Assembly (NCBI GenBank): GCA_030704615.1
Contig: CM060733.1
Span: 15,748,001 to 15,812,000, forward strand
DNA: 64,000 bases
Direction: 5' to 3'
Source of the DNA: Takakia lepidozioides
Taxonomy: Eukaryota; Plantae; Bryophyta
Shown piece after piece: positions 38,755 through 52,400 of this stretch (positions within the stretch are counted from its first letter, which is position 1; each line of letters begins with the position of its first letter). Both the position numbers and the translations under genes were made by a program. The notes below the pieces were generated by a model. That model was not told where the DNA came from. It did no database searches and was given only the letters and a program-made list of their open reading frames with translations.

Positions 38755-39099
38755 CTATACAAATGTGCTCCTTTCTGGTCGGGCATAGTTCCTGACATAC
38801 CCCTTCAAGGTTTTCATGTACCTTTCAATGGGGTACATCCAGCGGGTACAAACCGGGCCACAAAGCGCCAATTCATCCACAAGGTGGAGTATAAGGTGGG
38901 ACATAACATCAAAGAAAGAGGGGGGGAATTCTTTCTCAACCAAACAAAGGGTAAGAACCACATCATCCTTCAAGGCCCCCGAACTTTCGGGATCCACGGT
39001 CTTCATGCATAAATGATGAAAAACCCTTGAAATCCTCATGATGGCTTGCCTTGCACCTTTACCCAACAATCCCCGGATGCAAAGGGGAAGAACATTCAT
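38755..39099 (-). mobile_element. CACTA (En/Spm) transposase fragment (DUF4218 region)
   Basis: EKEFPPSFFDVMSHLILHL...GPVCTRWMYPIERYMKTLKGYVRNYARPE is the canonical En/Spm transposase segment. Confidence 0.92.
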
Positions 39100-39765
39100 A
39101 GCAAATGGACTTAGAATGGGTTAGCCACTTACCATATGTACATGTGGGTATATTTATTTTGGAATTTGGATGAAATCTTATGAAGCTATGGACATTTGTA
39201 CGGAATTCCAATGGACTGTCACAGTCCATCTAATGTCCCAAATGCCATCTGAAAAACCTATTTGTGCAAAACCAATTCATATATGGACTTTACAACTAGA
39301 TACACAATGTTTGAATAGACACAAATATAAATTTGTGAACAATTCCATCCATCCACCAAGACACTATGGACTTTTTTGTACCCAAAAAACCCCCAAAATG
39401 ACGATTTGTCCATAGCATTTTGAAAAACTCATATTTGGGTGGAGATCTTTGCTAAGAATATATATATTGTTATTGTCTCTAGGAGCTTATTTTTATATGG
39501 ACAAATTTCATAAACTACAAGATAATAATAAATAGCTATTATTTCTAAATAAGGAAAAATTATTTAAAAACAATTATAATAAAAATAAATATCTCAAATA
39601 TTTGGGATGAGACCATTTACTAAATATGATTAGTATACCATTACCTATGAAGATAAAAATATATTTGAACAAATATCCTTAAATAAAAATTTAATTGATT
39701 TTTTCTCATGGACTTTCAGTGGAGGGCACATCTGCCGCTTGTGAGCCAGTGTAGTCAGCACTTAC

Positions 39766-40192
39766 CCGGACATAGTAGTAGAGTATGGCATGTACAAGTT
39801 TTCCCTCTACCGTAGGGGGAGCCTTGTTATGATAGATTGGGTTTATGTGCTTCACTTGCCTTGTAAAATGGCACTGTAAAATATCAATGCAGTGTGCAAG
39901 CACTTTAATGACCTAAAGGGTCCTTCAAAGCAGGGAATCTCTTTGTTAATCTAATTCCTAATCATACACAGAAAAGTTTTGGGACATGGGTGCCAAGCCC
40001 CGCATTGACCCCCTTCTTTTCCCCAGCTTTGGGCCCTTGTTACGCTTACCCTTCTGTTGGGAGGTATCTCCCTGCAACCTCTTCAAGTTTTGTACCAAAG
40101 CAGCGTGGCGCGCATTTATGTGCAGCTTGAGTGCACGTTTGGAGTCAAGTTGTTGTCGACAATATGGGCACCTTCCACCATCTTGGCTTTTC
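39766..40192 (-). pseudogene. Two orphan exons of an unidentified host gene, one with a C2H2-like zinc finger
   Basis: CPYCRQQLDSKRALKLHINARH at ~40170-40105, then AG|VIKVLAHCIDIL...EGKLVHAILYYYVR|GT at 39912-39766 (147 nt). Confidence 0.55.
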
Positions 40193-43079
40193 TATTCTGT
40201 TGACAAAGCATTAAAAAAGAGGTCAGGTCTAGGTAACATGTTCTTGATTTGCATAAATTTCACTTCTCATTCATGTGGATAGTGCATGGCTGCCCAATTT
40301 TGGACCGATGGTTCTATCTCTGTTCCAGATCTATGACGTTGTCAGTGTGTGAGTATTAGCAAAAAGATATTGATGGCATAATACAACTGTTGGGGGCAGC
40401 ATTGATAGGCTGCATTGCTGCAATGCTCTTAGGAACACACTGCAATAATTTTCCTACAATAGCACCACTCACAGTCACAACTATGTCGTAGCAGTCTTGC
40501 ACAACCAACAATAATCTAGTTTTGGTGCTGACTGAGAGTTCATTTCGGGGTTGACTGAAAACACTTTGTAAGGTTCTGGAACTACAAATGTAGCCTGCGT
40601 GGTTACAAATACTAGATACATGTGACTATGGGTGATCTGCCCAACCTTATGGAGGTACAGATGAGGGAGGATGCACATAGTTCCCAGTTTACTCACCTCA
40701 CATTTTCCTCTGGTTGACATCATCAACGGGCATTATGTAAGTGGATTGTAGTTGTAAGGGTCTGATGAGGAAGAAGCCTGTGCTATGGCACCTGAGGCAA
40801 GGAGCTGTTCGTATGAGATAGCATTCAAGTCCAATGGTATTGATTTTTGCCGTCGGCTCTCTTCTTCTCTTGCTTTAGCTTCTTCTGCTGCTACCTGTGT
40901 TTTCTCCTCCTGCATGCCATTGCCACTCCATTCAGGTCTCCTTATCAGCCCTTCAATCATGAAGAACGCTAGGCAACATACATTGCACTAAAGACTGCAC
41001 ATGTCAAGTTTATATAACCAAAATGGCATTTACAGGATTGAAACTTGAGAATTTTTTTACAGGGCAGCCCTTGAACTCAGTAAGTGCTTGAACCCAAGAT
41101 GTCATACTTTCTACCATCAAACAAGGTTTGTAAACATCACCCACCTTCATGAAATCATATACATGGTACTAAGACAGTTTGTATTGTAGCAGATACTCTT
41201 CAGCAATGAAGGTGTTCAATGTGGCAAGAAAGCTACCAAGCACTACAAGAACAAGACTGTGACTGAGAGTGATTGCAACATTGAATATAGGGGCCAGTCC
41301 CTGAGTGACTGATTTGAGCTGGATCCAAAAATAGTCTAGTGGAGATTAGCCCTTCGGGGGTAGTGACACCATAAGTTACACCCGCTTCTGGCATGAGCCT
41401 TCCTTGGGGAGGGAATCTACAATTGATCAAATGGACTGAGCCATGATTAAGACTTCCCTTACTCACTAGCCTATTTTTTGAACTATCCTCATATTAGTTT
41501 AAGTGGCCTTAAATTTATTTGTTCAGAACTTGAAAGTTTTACTGTGCCTAGGAGCTCCAAAAGGTTTGGGATCTCTGGCAGAACATGTATGTCAACAATA
41601 TAATTCAATCCCCAAGTAGTGCTGCTCACACTCAACTGCTCTATGGCAAAGAGAAAGAAAGAAGGAAGGACATATAGTTTTAAACTTTTGCGGGAGGGCT
41701 AGCATCTCCTTTGGATCTCTACAAAGAAAACTTGTCAATTTCAGATAAAGACGCCAACTTGTTGCACAGCTTACAACTGCTTGAAGTGATCCTATATTAG
41801 AAAGTAAAAGGCAGTCACACATGAAAACAGGTCATTAAGCATTATCTAACCAAAGCAATGTCAGGGCTCTCATAAATATCTGTTTAATGCAGAATCTATA
41901 CCATTGCCACCGTAGCCAATATAGCACACAGTCCTGCTATGGATGTTTCTTTGACATATATCCTACGTTCATTACAAGCTGCTCAGAATCGCAACATAAT
42001 TACCTTTTGGTCCTATTGACTTGGGATATCTATCCCTTTGTGTTCCGGTCAAACTGGGCGCCGGGTGAATGGCTTCAAGGTTACATCATGAATTCATACC
42101 CTCCAACCTTTCATACCCAAGTTAATTGAGATTGCAGATTCCCCCTGCAAGAAGTTTTTCGCTGGCACCATGAGATAGATCACAACATAAATTCTTCACT
42201 GATGCGAGTACTGTGATCTCACTATAAATCTGATTCTCACACCCAACAAAATCATCATTACTTGTGAGAACAAATCTAGCCGAAACCCATACACAATTCA
42301 ATCTTGGTGTTTCTAACAGCGTCTTCCAGCCAATGCTCCTGCAATCTTGTTGTAAATGAGGTTACAGCTTTCCTGAAGACTTGAAACATACCTACAGTAT
42401 CCAATCCACTATTCCTGCAGATGTCTGTGATGGACAGAGAACATAAACAATGACAAACACAGCCCATATGCCAATCCTACCCACTTGTTAGGTGAATTAT
42501 GGAGCTCGCCTTGTTACATGAATTACATAACTTTGCCAAGAGAGAGTTTCTTTTCTTAGTAGCTTTATGGCCAGGAAATCTGATCTTCACAACAAGACAG
42601 TAATACGTGGGTCGACTTGCCAATTGTTAGCGCATATCCTCTTTTCCCTCATCGTCTCCATCTCCCCTCTCTCGGACACTTGTAATAACTATCTCCACTC
42701 GCACTCGATTTCCCCAATATGCACCCTCCTATCACAACTGCAACAATTACCACCCCAACCGCATAACTACCACCCCCCCCCCCCCCCCCCCCCCCCCCCA
42801 CTACTTGTCTGAGATCCACTCCTCTCTCAACATATTAAACTCCACAATTGGAGCAGTCCATAAAATTCTAGGGGATCACCTTGCAACAGTCACCCCAGCC
42901 TCCCAAGATCTCCTCCTCACCTCCAAAAAATTCCCATTTCTCTCCAAAAACATCCTCTCTGCCACACTCAAGGCAGTCACTCCGATACCTAGGTACGAAC
43001 CCCCACAACGGCACTACCCAGGACACCCCCACCCGCCGCCACCACCACCAATACCCCCCCTACCCCCGTCCTGCACCCC

Positions 43080-44270
43080 AACACTCTCATAATAACTTCC
43101 TGGAATGTTGGATCCTTAGCGACCAGCATACAGAGCCTCCTCCATCTCTTCACATAATCTTCACAGCCACACATTTTTCTCCTACAAGAAACCAAGTTAC
43201 ACACTACCCACACCAGTAGCTCCTACATAAATAAATTATTACCAAACTACTACATCCTATACGGCAACCCCTTGACAGCCCAACAATGCACCGTATGAAG
43301 ATCCGCACCCTACAAACCTACCCGGGGTGGTCTTGCACTAGGTATTCTTCCTATGCACCACTCCCCCAGCACCACCACCAAACTCACCATACCTCTCCCT
43401 CTCTGATCTCACCTTCAAATCATACAACTACACCCCCCATGCTTATGCCCGATCCTCCTCATACATCTGTATATGCCTTCCTAGACGGACGACCTTTCCC
43501 TTATACCAGACATACTACACACTATAACCAATACAATCACCCATACGGACTATCAGCAATGTTCACCATGTCATCCTAGCAGGAGACTTCAACAGAGATA
43601 TCGCTATGACCGGGCACTCATCCAATGGCGCTCACGTATCCCCATCCTCAACTGTAAATGGGCCAGATTCACCCAAAACCTACAACTCAAATATATCCCA
43701 GATGTCCACCATTATTCTAGGCAGGGCGGCCTCAACTATTCATCCCTAAGTCTACTAGACAGCTTCTACCTCAAAACAAACAACACAATTCCATCCTACC
43801 TCCTTGGTCACGTGCATATCCAGCACTACCCTGTATCCATCTCCCTCCCACCGTCCCTCGTCCCTTTCCGACCCCTTCCGGATATACTCACCCCGCCCCC
43901 ACAGCCGCGGATCCTCTCACCTATACCACAATGCAATATCACAGCCTTCCAAAAACACTTCCAACCTGCCTCCTCTAACTTCATACACAAAATATCCCCA
44001 ATATTGTTAGACACCAACCTTCCCCCCACCGAAGCCTAGGCCATAACTGAAAACCTACTTACAGCCACTATACAAGAAATGACAAAAAAACGTTTTGGCA
44101 ACATGCTCCTCTCCCCTGACCTCCCACAAACTACTCGATCCACATAAAATGGAGGCTATCTCAACCGCACCCAAAAACGCGAATGGATTCTACACCTCAA
44201 TATCTATCACTCCATTAGACGCGCCCTCTCTATCACTCCTACTGGCCCAATCCCAAGACCCTGCAGTTTG
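43080..44270 (+). mobile_element. Degenerate LINE ORF2 5' fragment (APE endonuclease)
   Basis: Frameshifted motifs in the correct order: SWNV (~43098), FLLQETK (~43180), VILAGDFN (~43570-43593), QHYPV (SDHxP-like, ~43821). C/A-rich strand. Confidence 0.7.
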
Positions 44271-46060
44271 GGAGATCTCCACGTCATTGTTCCAACAAAG
44301 CCCACTTTCTTATTTTTGCAATCTCCCCTGTCGAGGCTTCATATATTGATATATCCACTTGGCTATTTTTTGCAAATTTCCAACGACCAAAAGTACTCGA
44401 AATTCCAAATCTCCCACATGAAGGGCCAATCACTGCTCCAGGAAAGCCCACTTTGCTATTTTTCGCGAGTTTCCAGCGACCAAAAGCACTTGAAACTCCA
44501 AATCTCCCACCTGAAGGGCCAATCATTGAAATATTACATCTCCCACACTGCCGGTCCAAAAATCATGAGACCAAGCCGGTGCACCCCTCCTCATTGAGGG
44601 CTTTCCAACGGCACCAAGCACCGGGGCTGGGGCCCCGCGGTTTGGGAGATCTCAACGACGCTACAAACAAAACAAACAAAACAAAACAAACGTCTCGCTT
44701 CATATATTGACTAGGGTAGCCTGTGCCATTGGCCCAAGTGTCCAGTGTCATCTAAGTCCAAGTGCAATCCCCTATGTATCAAAGTGCGTCTCCTATGTCG
44801 AGGCCCAAATGCAACCTCTAGGGTAGCCTGTGTCGTTGGCCAAAGTGTCCAGTGTCATCTAAGTCCAAGTGCAATCCCCTATGTATCTAGAGACCTCCTG
44901 TTTGGGAGATCTAGGCCTAGGGTAGTCTGCACCATTGGCCCATGGGTTAAGAATGAAATCTAAGTCCAAGTGCAATCCCCTATGTATTCAAGTAGCGTCT
45001 CATATGTTAAGGCCCATGTGTGAAGAATTGAAATCTAAGCCCAAGTGCAATTTCTTATGTATCCAAAGTGGGTCTCTTATGTCGAGGCCCAAGTGCAATC
45101 CTCTATCCAAGTATCCAAGCGCATCTCCCGTGTACAGGCCCAAGTGTCCAATGTCATCTAAGTCCAAGTGCAATCCCATATCTGATCATTTTTATTTTTT
45201 TCAGAGAGCCTACGACCAGATTTGAACCGGAGACCTTTCCCTTGATATCTCTCCCGTCGAGGCTCCAACCATTGTCCCAGGAATGCCCACTTTGCCATTT
45301 TTGCTATTTTTTGTGAATTTCCAGAGACCCAAAGTACTTGGAATCCACATCTCCCACACCGCGGGTCCAAAAATCCTGAGACCAAGCCCGTGCACCCCTC
45401 CTCATCGAGGGCTTTCCAGCGGTACCAAGCACCAGCGCCGGGGCCTCGCGGTTTGGGACATCTAAACGTGACAAAACAAAACAAAACAAAACAAACATCT
45501 CGATTCATAGATTGACTAGGGTAGCCTGTGTCGTTGGCCCAAGTGTCCAGTGTCATCTAAGTCCAAGTGCAATCCCCTATGTATCAAAGTGCGTCTCCTA
45601 TGTCGAGCCCAAATGCAACCTCTAGGGTAGCATTTGCCGTTGGCCCAAGTAGCCACTGTCATCTAAGTAAGTTTTTTTCCACAGAGCCTACGACCAGGTT
45701 TGAACCGGACACCTTTCCCTTGATATCTCTCCCGTCGAGGCTCCAACCATTGTCCCAGGAATGCCCACTTTGCCATTTTTGCTATTTTTTGTGAATTTCC
45801 AGCGACCAAAATTACTTGAAATTCCAATCTCGCACGTGAAGGGCCAATCACTGCTCCAGGAAAGCTCACTTTGCTATTTTTCTCGAATTTCCAGCGACCA
45901 AAAGTACTCAGAATTCCACATCTCGCACACCGCGGGTCCAAAAATCATGAGACCAAGCCGGTGCACCCCTCCTCCTCGAGGGCTTTCCATCGGCACCAAG
46001 CACCGGGGCTGGGAGATCTCAACGACGCTACAAACAAAACAAAACAAAACAAAACAGACG
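44270..46060. repeat. Complex duplicated repeat block with two interleaved unit types
   Basis: Unit A (gcccactttgctattt...ccagcgaccaaaagtact...ggtccaaaaatcatgagaccaagcc...(caaaa)n) occurs three times. Unit B (tctaagtccaagtgcaatccc) occurs about six times. Confidence 0.85.
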
Positions 46061-47589
46061 TCTCGCTTCATATATTGATATGGCATATGTTTTTTACCCC
46101 TTATTTTTTTTCCTTGTTTTTATATAAAACTGACGTGACGCAGGCCCGCGTTAGCGTCGGATTTGACGCGACCTGGCGTCACGTCAGTGTGCAACCTTGG
46201 CCAGGAGTAGGTACACCATTGAGGTGGGTACACCATTCCCTCTTCAAATCCATCAAGGGAATTATGCTTGTACTGTTGTACTTTGAAAATGTGGGGGCTG
46301 GGCCTAAAGCCCATCCCCTTTTGGGGCCTACATATTGGGCAAACCACACATAACATATTGATGATTATGTAAATTCATTTCTAGAGGATAGGTGAAAACT
46401 TGGACCAATGCTCTGCTCCAAGGACCAATATAAGTCATACTCGGTGTCAATCCCTTACCCAGGTAGTTTTTGTCCCTTTGTGTTCCGTTAGAAATTGAGT
46501 GCAGGGTCAATGGCCACCAAGCTACGGAAAACACCATTTGCACCAAACCAAAAGCCATTTGCAACCTCCTGATGAGTTGGACAAAGATCCCGCAAAGCCT
46601 ACTCCTATTTTACGCTTAAATTTGGCTTGGAACCCATCCCCTGTTTTGGATAAGAATATGTGCATACCTACAGGACACGACAAGACATGACCAGCCTGCA
46701 CCTTCCTTAGAGACAATGTCTCTACCTGTTCATGATGAAGGTTTGGGGCATGCAGATCCTATAAAACAACAACCCTGCAAAGTTTCTCAGGAGAATATGG
46801 AAGCAATCACGGGTGGAGATAATGTTCCTTCTGATCCCAAACCCACGGGCTTCAACTTGTCATCAGCTTGGACAACGGTACATGATACAATCACAAGTTT
46901 TCTGGACACCAAGCTTGCAAATGCCAAAAATTCCACAAATATGGCCATGAAAAGTGCTGGCAAAAAGAAGTGACATCATGTTAGTGAGGAAGAGTCTCAC
47001 AAGACTTCTTTCTATGAGAGTGAGGAAGTGGCTCTAGTGTGTATGGAGATTCGTGGTTCAAGTGGTACTGATGACAACACATCTGATGATTTAGACACCG
47101 CAAATAGTTTTGGATGCCACGATGATGTAAAAGTGGGTATTGATGAGCCCAATATTGCAAAAAATCTACCTCCAACACATATTGCTCCCATGAAGGTATG
47201 CTTGCACTTGTATTGGTGAAGACCAACTTGTGAGGTTATCGCAGATTTATTACAAGCATACTTGTCAATTTGGCCTATTCCATATTGGTGATCCACTAAT
47301 GGCATTGCATGTTACCTTGTGTGCAGAGGGTTGACACATTGGCCATTTCCTTGAAGGTGGATGTGGGGGAGAAAAGGGATTAGTTGGCCAAGATCATTCT
47401 TTGGGGATGGAGAAGGCTGCACCCATCATAGAGTCACAAGTAAAATTTCAGTAGATAATACTGAAGTTGAATTCGTGTGCACCATGGCCAGTCCTGTAAA
47501 ATATAGAGGTACAAGACTGTTTCCTTCTAGTTGTGGCTTTGGGACAACTCCCTCATGTGCTGAATAGATATTGCTTGTGTGCAGATTGC

Positions 47590-47900
47590 ACTACCTGCTA
47601 AAGGTGAAGACGACTCGTAATTGGCAGCATGACTTGCGTGGTTTGAGTATTCGGCACTTGGATCCAAGTATCCAAGATATGAAGGGACAAGATGCAACTG
47701 CCATCACGACATTTATGGATGCCATGAACTCCTTGTATGAGTATAGTCCAATGCATGTTAACAAAGATTTTGTTTTTGAAGGCATCTAGCAGGATACTGA
47801 AAACCGAGCGTGGACGTTTGAAAAACATTAAATGGAAGAAGAAAGGTAACAAGCCATTCAATTGTGAAAAGGATTTGGCACAACAACAGATTGCGATTTT
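47590..47900 (+). mobile_element. Probable CACTA accessory-ORF (TnpA/Ptta-like) remnant
   Basis: WQHDLRGLSIRHLDPSIQDMKGQ...SRILKTERGRLK (frameshifted) resembles CACTA ORF2-type proteins as I recall them. CACTA-style GCGGTCGCT and ATGACT repeats follow at 48140-48310. Confidence 0.4.
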
Positions 47901-48320
47901 CATGACTGCCATTTGTGTGCAATCATGGCAGATCTGTCTACAAAATGCCATATGCAGACGCAAAGGACATTGCAGTTGACATGTAGATGCGGGGAAGTCG
48001 TACATGCGACTGTATGACTCTGCACTCTGCTCATATGAGGTCAAATTTGTTTGACCACGAATATTGACAGGGCAGATATGACGAGTAGTCACGGACACCA
48101 CTATACTGGAATGACGTGTGCATATGAATAGATGCACATATGACTACATGACTATGACTTCGTGTTTTTTTTAAGAAATTTGGAAAACAAAAGTTATATG
48201 AATGACTCCGAGGTTGACGTCGACTTATTGGTGATTTATAAAACGGCGGTCGCTTTATTTAAGAATACAAATAAAAATAAGTGACCGCTGCTAAATGGTG
48301 GTCGCTAAAATATTGAAAAA

Positions 48321-48322
<2 letters not shown>

Positions 48323-48400
<78 letters not shown>
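48323..48400. repeat. (AG)n microsatellite
   Basis: ~39 uninterrupted AG units. Confidence 0.97.
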
Positions 48401-48404
<4 letters not shown>

Positions 48405-48472
48405 CTCCGACCGTGGCCGGCGTAACTAAGAGCCACTTCGCCTCGCGGCTACTGCCCTTTTTCTGGTGGGCC

Positions 48473-49468
48473 TGTTAGAGGGCTGCTTGGGACTTAGACG
48501 CTTTTACGGGATCTGTGGGGTACCCTTAATTTTTACACAGACTGAGACCAACAGGAGCCTTAGGGGTGACAGCAACAGGCTTTAGGGGGGAAGATACACA
48601 GCCCGACACAGTCCATCACCCGACACAGTCACCACAGCCGTCACAGCTTTGCACAGCCAACACAGTCTGTCACAGTCCGACACAGCCGTCACAGCTTCGC
48701 ACAGCCAACACAGTCCGTCACAGCCAGTCACAGCCCGACACAGCCGCCACAGCTTCGCACAGCCCTACACAGCCCGACACAGCCAGTCACAGCCCGCCAT
48801 AGCCTGATACAGCCAGTCACAGCTCGGCACAGCTGGGGAACAGTTACCATTGGCAGGGAACGACTGTGGGGGAACGACATCTGAAAAAGGAACGTGTACT
48901 ACAGGGATAACGGTTAGTTAGGAAAGCGGTTAGAACAGCTTGTAAGTAGATAAAGCGAAGAGCGGGGACGTCTCGGGGATCACTTCTTGGGGGGGACTTC
49001 TGGCATCACGGCTTGGAAATAGAGGGGAGAGCACATCTCTGAGTGGAAAGATGAAGAGCATGGAGTAGGAGAAGTGACGATCTGTTGTTACTTGATGAAT
49101 GCAAGCTGTAGAATTGTAATGTAGAGTAGATAAGAGACACCATGACTTCAGCCTGATACTTGATAGATATTAATCTGATACATACTTCATACTCACACTG
49201 TGTAGAGAGACCTGAGTGAAGCTGTGGAATGAATGGATGGAACTTGATAGATTTATGAAGCAAACTGATACTTAATTGCAGATAGTAAGGTAACTCACTA
49301 ACATGAATGCGGGAATGAGTACAAATAGGAAACACCCCCATGATACACTAGTTGTAGGTCATGACTAATTGTTCTGAGCGGGCTGAGTGCTTAGAGATTT
49401 TCAACTCTTCTATCTTGGAGTTCCCACCTCGGATAGCGAAGGGATGGGTGAGTAAAAGCCGCGCGACA
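48473..49468 (+). repeat. 5' LTR (996 bp)
   Basis: TGTTAGAGGG...GCGCGACA, colinear with 60693-61717. CACAGC tandem array at ~48596-48832. Confidence 0.96.
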
Positions 49469-52400
49469 TTTGGCGACCATACTAGGGAGTTGGGTCATGA
49501 ACAACCAGATGTGACAGGCATCTGGTGGGATCATGGTGGATGGAGAATTAAAGAATTTGATGTGAATCAAATTCCCTGTGAAACTGAGAAGGAAAGATTG
49601 TCCAAACGATTCTTTCAGAGGTTCTTGGAATTGCCAGACGGTTGTAAAGAAAACAATCTTAAAAGAGTGCATGATGCTGACCCTGAATGGGGTCTGGAGA
49701 AAGGAGTGATAAAGATTTATCAGGTGGCCTGTAGAGGAAGAGCACGTTGGTTACCAACACTGGTTTATGTGATAGCATTGTTATCCATTAAGCGAGTAGA
49801 GTTTGAAGGCTGGGAGGAAAGAAAGGTGAATGTTTATACTCATATGCATGAAGAGCTTGTACTGGTAAAGAATTGGATTCCAAAGGATATTTTGTGGATC
49901 AAACTCACACCAAGAACAGCTTTCCAGACTTGTTTGCCATATGGTTATATGGTAACGGAGACTTCTAGTATAGCCAAGGGTGCATTGAAGCTTGAAAGAA
50001 ACCCAGGCATATACGAGAGATATTACAGAAGAGAGTTTTGGTTATTGCCACATTAAAAGAAATGAAATACATGGGACATGAGTGATGAAAGATAAGCTAG
50101 ACTCCAGAGATATTCAGCAAAAAGAGAAAGCTATCTGAAAGCTAATTATCCATATCTTTGGGAGAGAGGAATAGACATAGGGGAATCATCTGGACCTCTC
50201 ACACCATTAAGATCAGAGAGTACATCACCCATACCGGAAGAACTAGAGTTGGATGCCACTCCTTCTTTTTCCTTGCAAGAAAGATTAAGAAAATTGGTAC
50301 GGGAAGAAGATCAATCACGAGGTGAAAGATCTGAGGTACATCCCTGGATAAAAGATTTGACAGAAATCTTTGATAAGAGTTGGCATGGAACACCAAAAGC
50401 AGGAACTCCAGTTTCTGAAGCGGAGGGTGAAGAAGGAGGAGAGGATGTGGCAGAGCCAACGGAGAGTTCAGACTCTCCAACACCATTGCAGTTGAGTTAC
50501 ATGAGTGAAGAAGAAACCCAAGGACAGAACTTGGAGGATGAAAATAGAGAGAAGAAATTGGAAGAGGAAGAGTATGAAGAAGTAGACCCAACAGCTGAGG
50601 TTGAGACTACAACCAGGACATTCCAACCCATTGGACCCGGATCAAGTGGAACACTTGGATCACAGGCCAACGAAGGTGTCGGCTCAGGGGGATCAGGCGG
50701 GCTGCCTGGATCTGGCTCTGGGGGGACAGGGAGTGTGGGAAGTAGTGCAACTGGAGCTGGGAATACTGTGAATATCGTGGGGCCAGTAGCAGGGAGTGCT
50801 CAGGGGCCACCACTGGGTGGAAGATCCACCACAACTACAATAGGTCCTCAAGGACCAGCACCAGCAAGGGTGCCAGCACCTGTCAGTGGGCAGAAGGTAG
50901 GGCCACAGATGGCGTTACAACCAACACGGGCAAAACCACCTTTTCCAATATATTCAGGAAAAGGGGATCCTGATGTACACATTAGCCAATTTGAGCACAT
51001 GTGTATAGTGAACAATGAGAATGGCAATGATGCCAAGATGAGATTGTTTCTTTGTTCACTTATCAAGAAAGCAAGTGAATGGTATGCAAGATTCCTTGAT
51101 AATCATTTCCTAACCTGGAATGGCTTGAATATAGCATTCCAAAATAGGTTCAGGACAAGTAAAACTGAGGATGAAGTGTATGGAAGTTTACAACAGTTAA
51201 AGCAAAAGAAGCATGAAACTGTTGAGGAGTATATGGAAAAGATGGAATTGATGATGAAAAAGCTGGCTGCTGTACCAGCACCAGGTTTACAGAAGACTTG
51301 GTTTGTGAGTGGAGTAAGACCAGAGTTGCAAAAGAAAGTGGATATGTTACCCCATAATACAGTGGAGGAGGCATTTGAAACAGCAAACAGAATTGAGCAA
51401 TTGGGAATGCTCAGGAGAGAGAAAAGGGATGATGAGGACTCTGAGGATGAGTCAGATGAAGAAGAAGAGCAAGAACTGAAAAGGAAGAGTAAGAGAAAGG
51501 AGAAGTTGAAGAGGGATAACTATGAGAAAATATTAGAAGAAATCTTGAAGAAGTATGCCACAGAGGCTGCAACACATTGGAGGAAGGGTGTTTGGTGTGC
51601 AAAGTGCCAGAATGAAGCCATACCACCACTGAATGCCACATAAAGGAGAAACATTGTACCATCTGTAAGATGGATAACCATTCTACTGAGAATTGTTACT
51701 ACAACAGAAGGACAGCTGCAAGAGAACCTAGGCAAGTAAGGGTGCATCAAGTGCAGCCCCAGCCAAGAAGAAACAATGATCAAGACCACTATGGTAGGCC
51801 TGGTGGTTATAACAATGGCATGGAAGGGAGAGGTAATTCAAGAGGGAATTACCAAGGAAATTCCAGAGGCAACTATCAGGGTAATCCAAGGGGGAATTAC
51901 CAGCCAGGGAATCAGGATTACAGAAATAATCCAAGAGCAGACCAAGGGCGAGGACCCAATGGTGAAGAACTGTGTTACTATTGTAATCAGCCAGGACATC
52001 GCAAGGCAGCCTGTTCATTTAGACACCAGAATGAGATGAGAGCTCCTGTGAATGAGGGCCCAGTGGTGGCAGCTCACATGGTTAGGCCATGTGTTGTACC
52101 AGAAGTAAGTACAATGATAGTAACAAGAAGCAAAGCCAAACTAATACCTCCAGTAGTTGAGGAAGATGATGATAATGAAGATGGCAGTGATCTGCCTGAA
52201 GATGATGAGGCTTGGAGAGATGAGAAGGAACTCCACAAGGACGTGGCAGATACCATAAGGGAAATGCAGAAGAGTACTGATATTCCTGTGGCAGATTCCT
52301 CTGATTCTGATGGAGAAGAAGAAGTGAGTGAGGATGAAAGGAAAAAAGAAGTTGTAGACATGCAAAGTAATGAAGGGACTTTGGCTGAAGTAATATGCCA

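Noticed and set aside
44284-46086. Many short ORFs on both strands
   Set aside because: By-products of the duplicated repeat block.
49006-49341. Antisense ORF present twice (also 61180-61590)
   Set aside because: The duplication is just LTR identity. The C-termini differ by an indel and there are no motifs.
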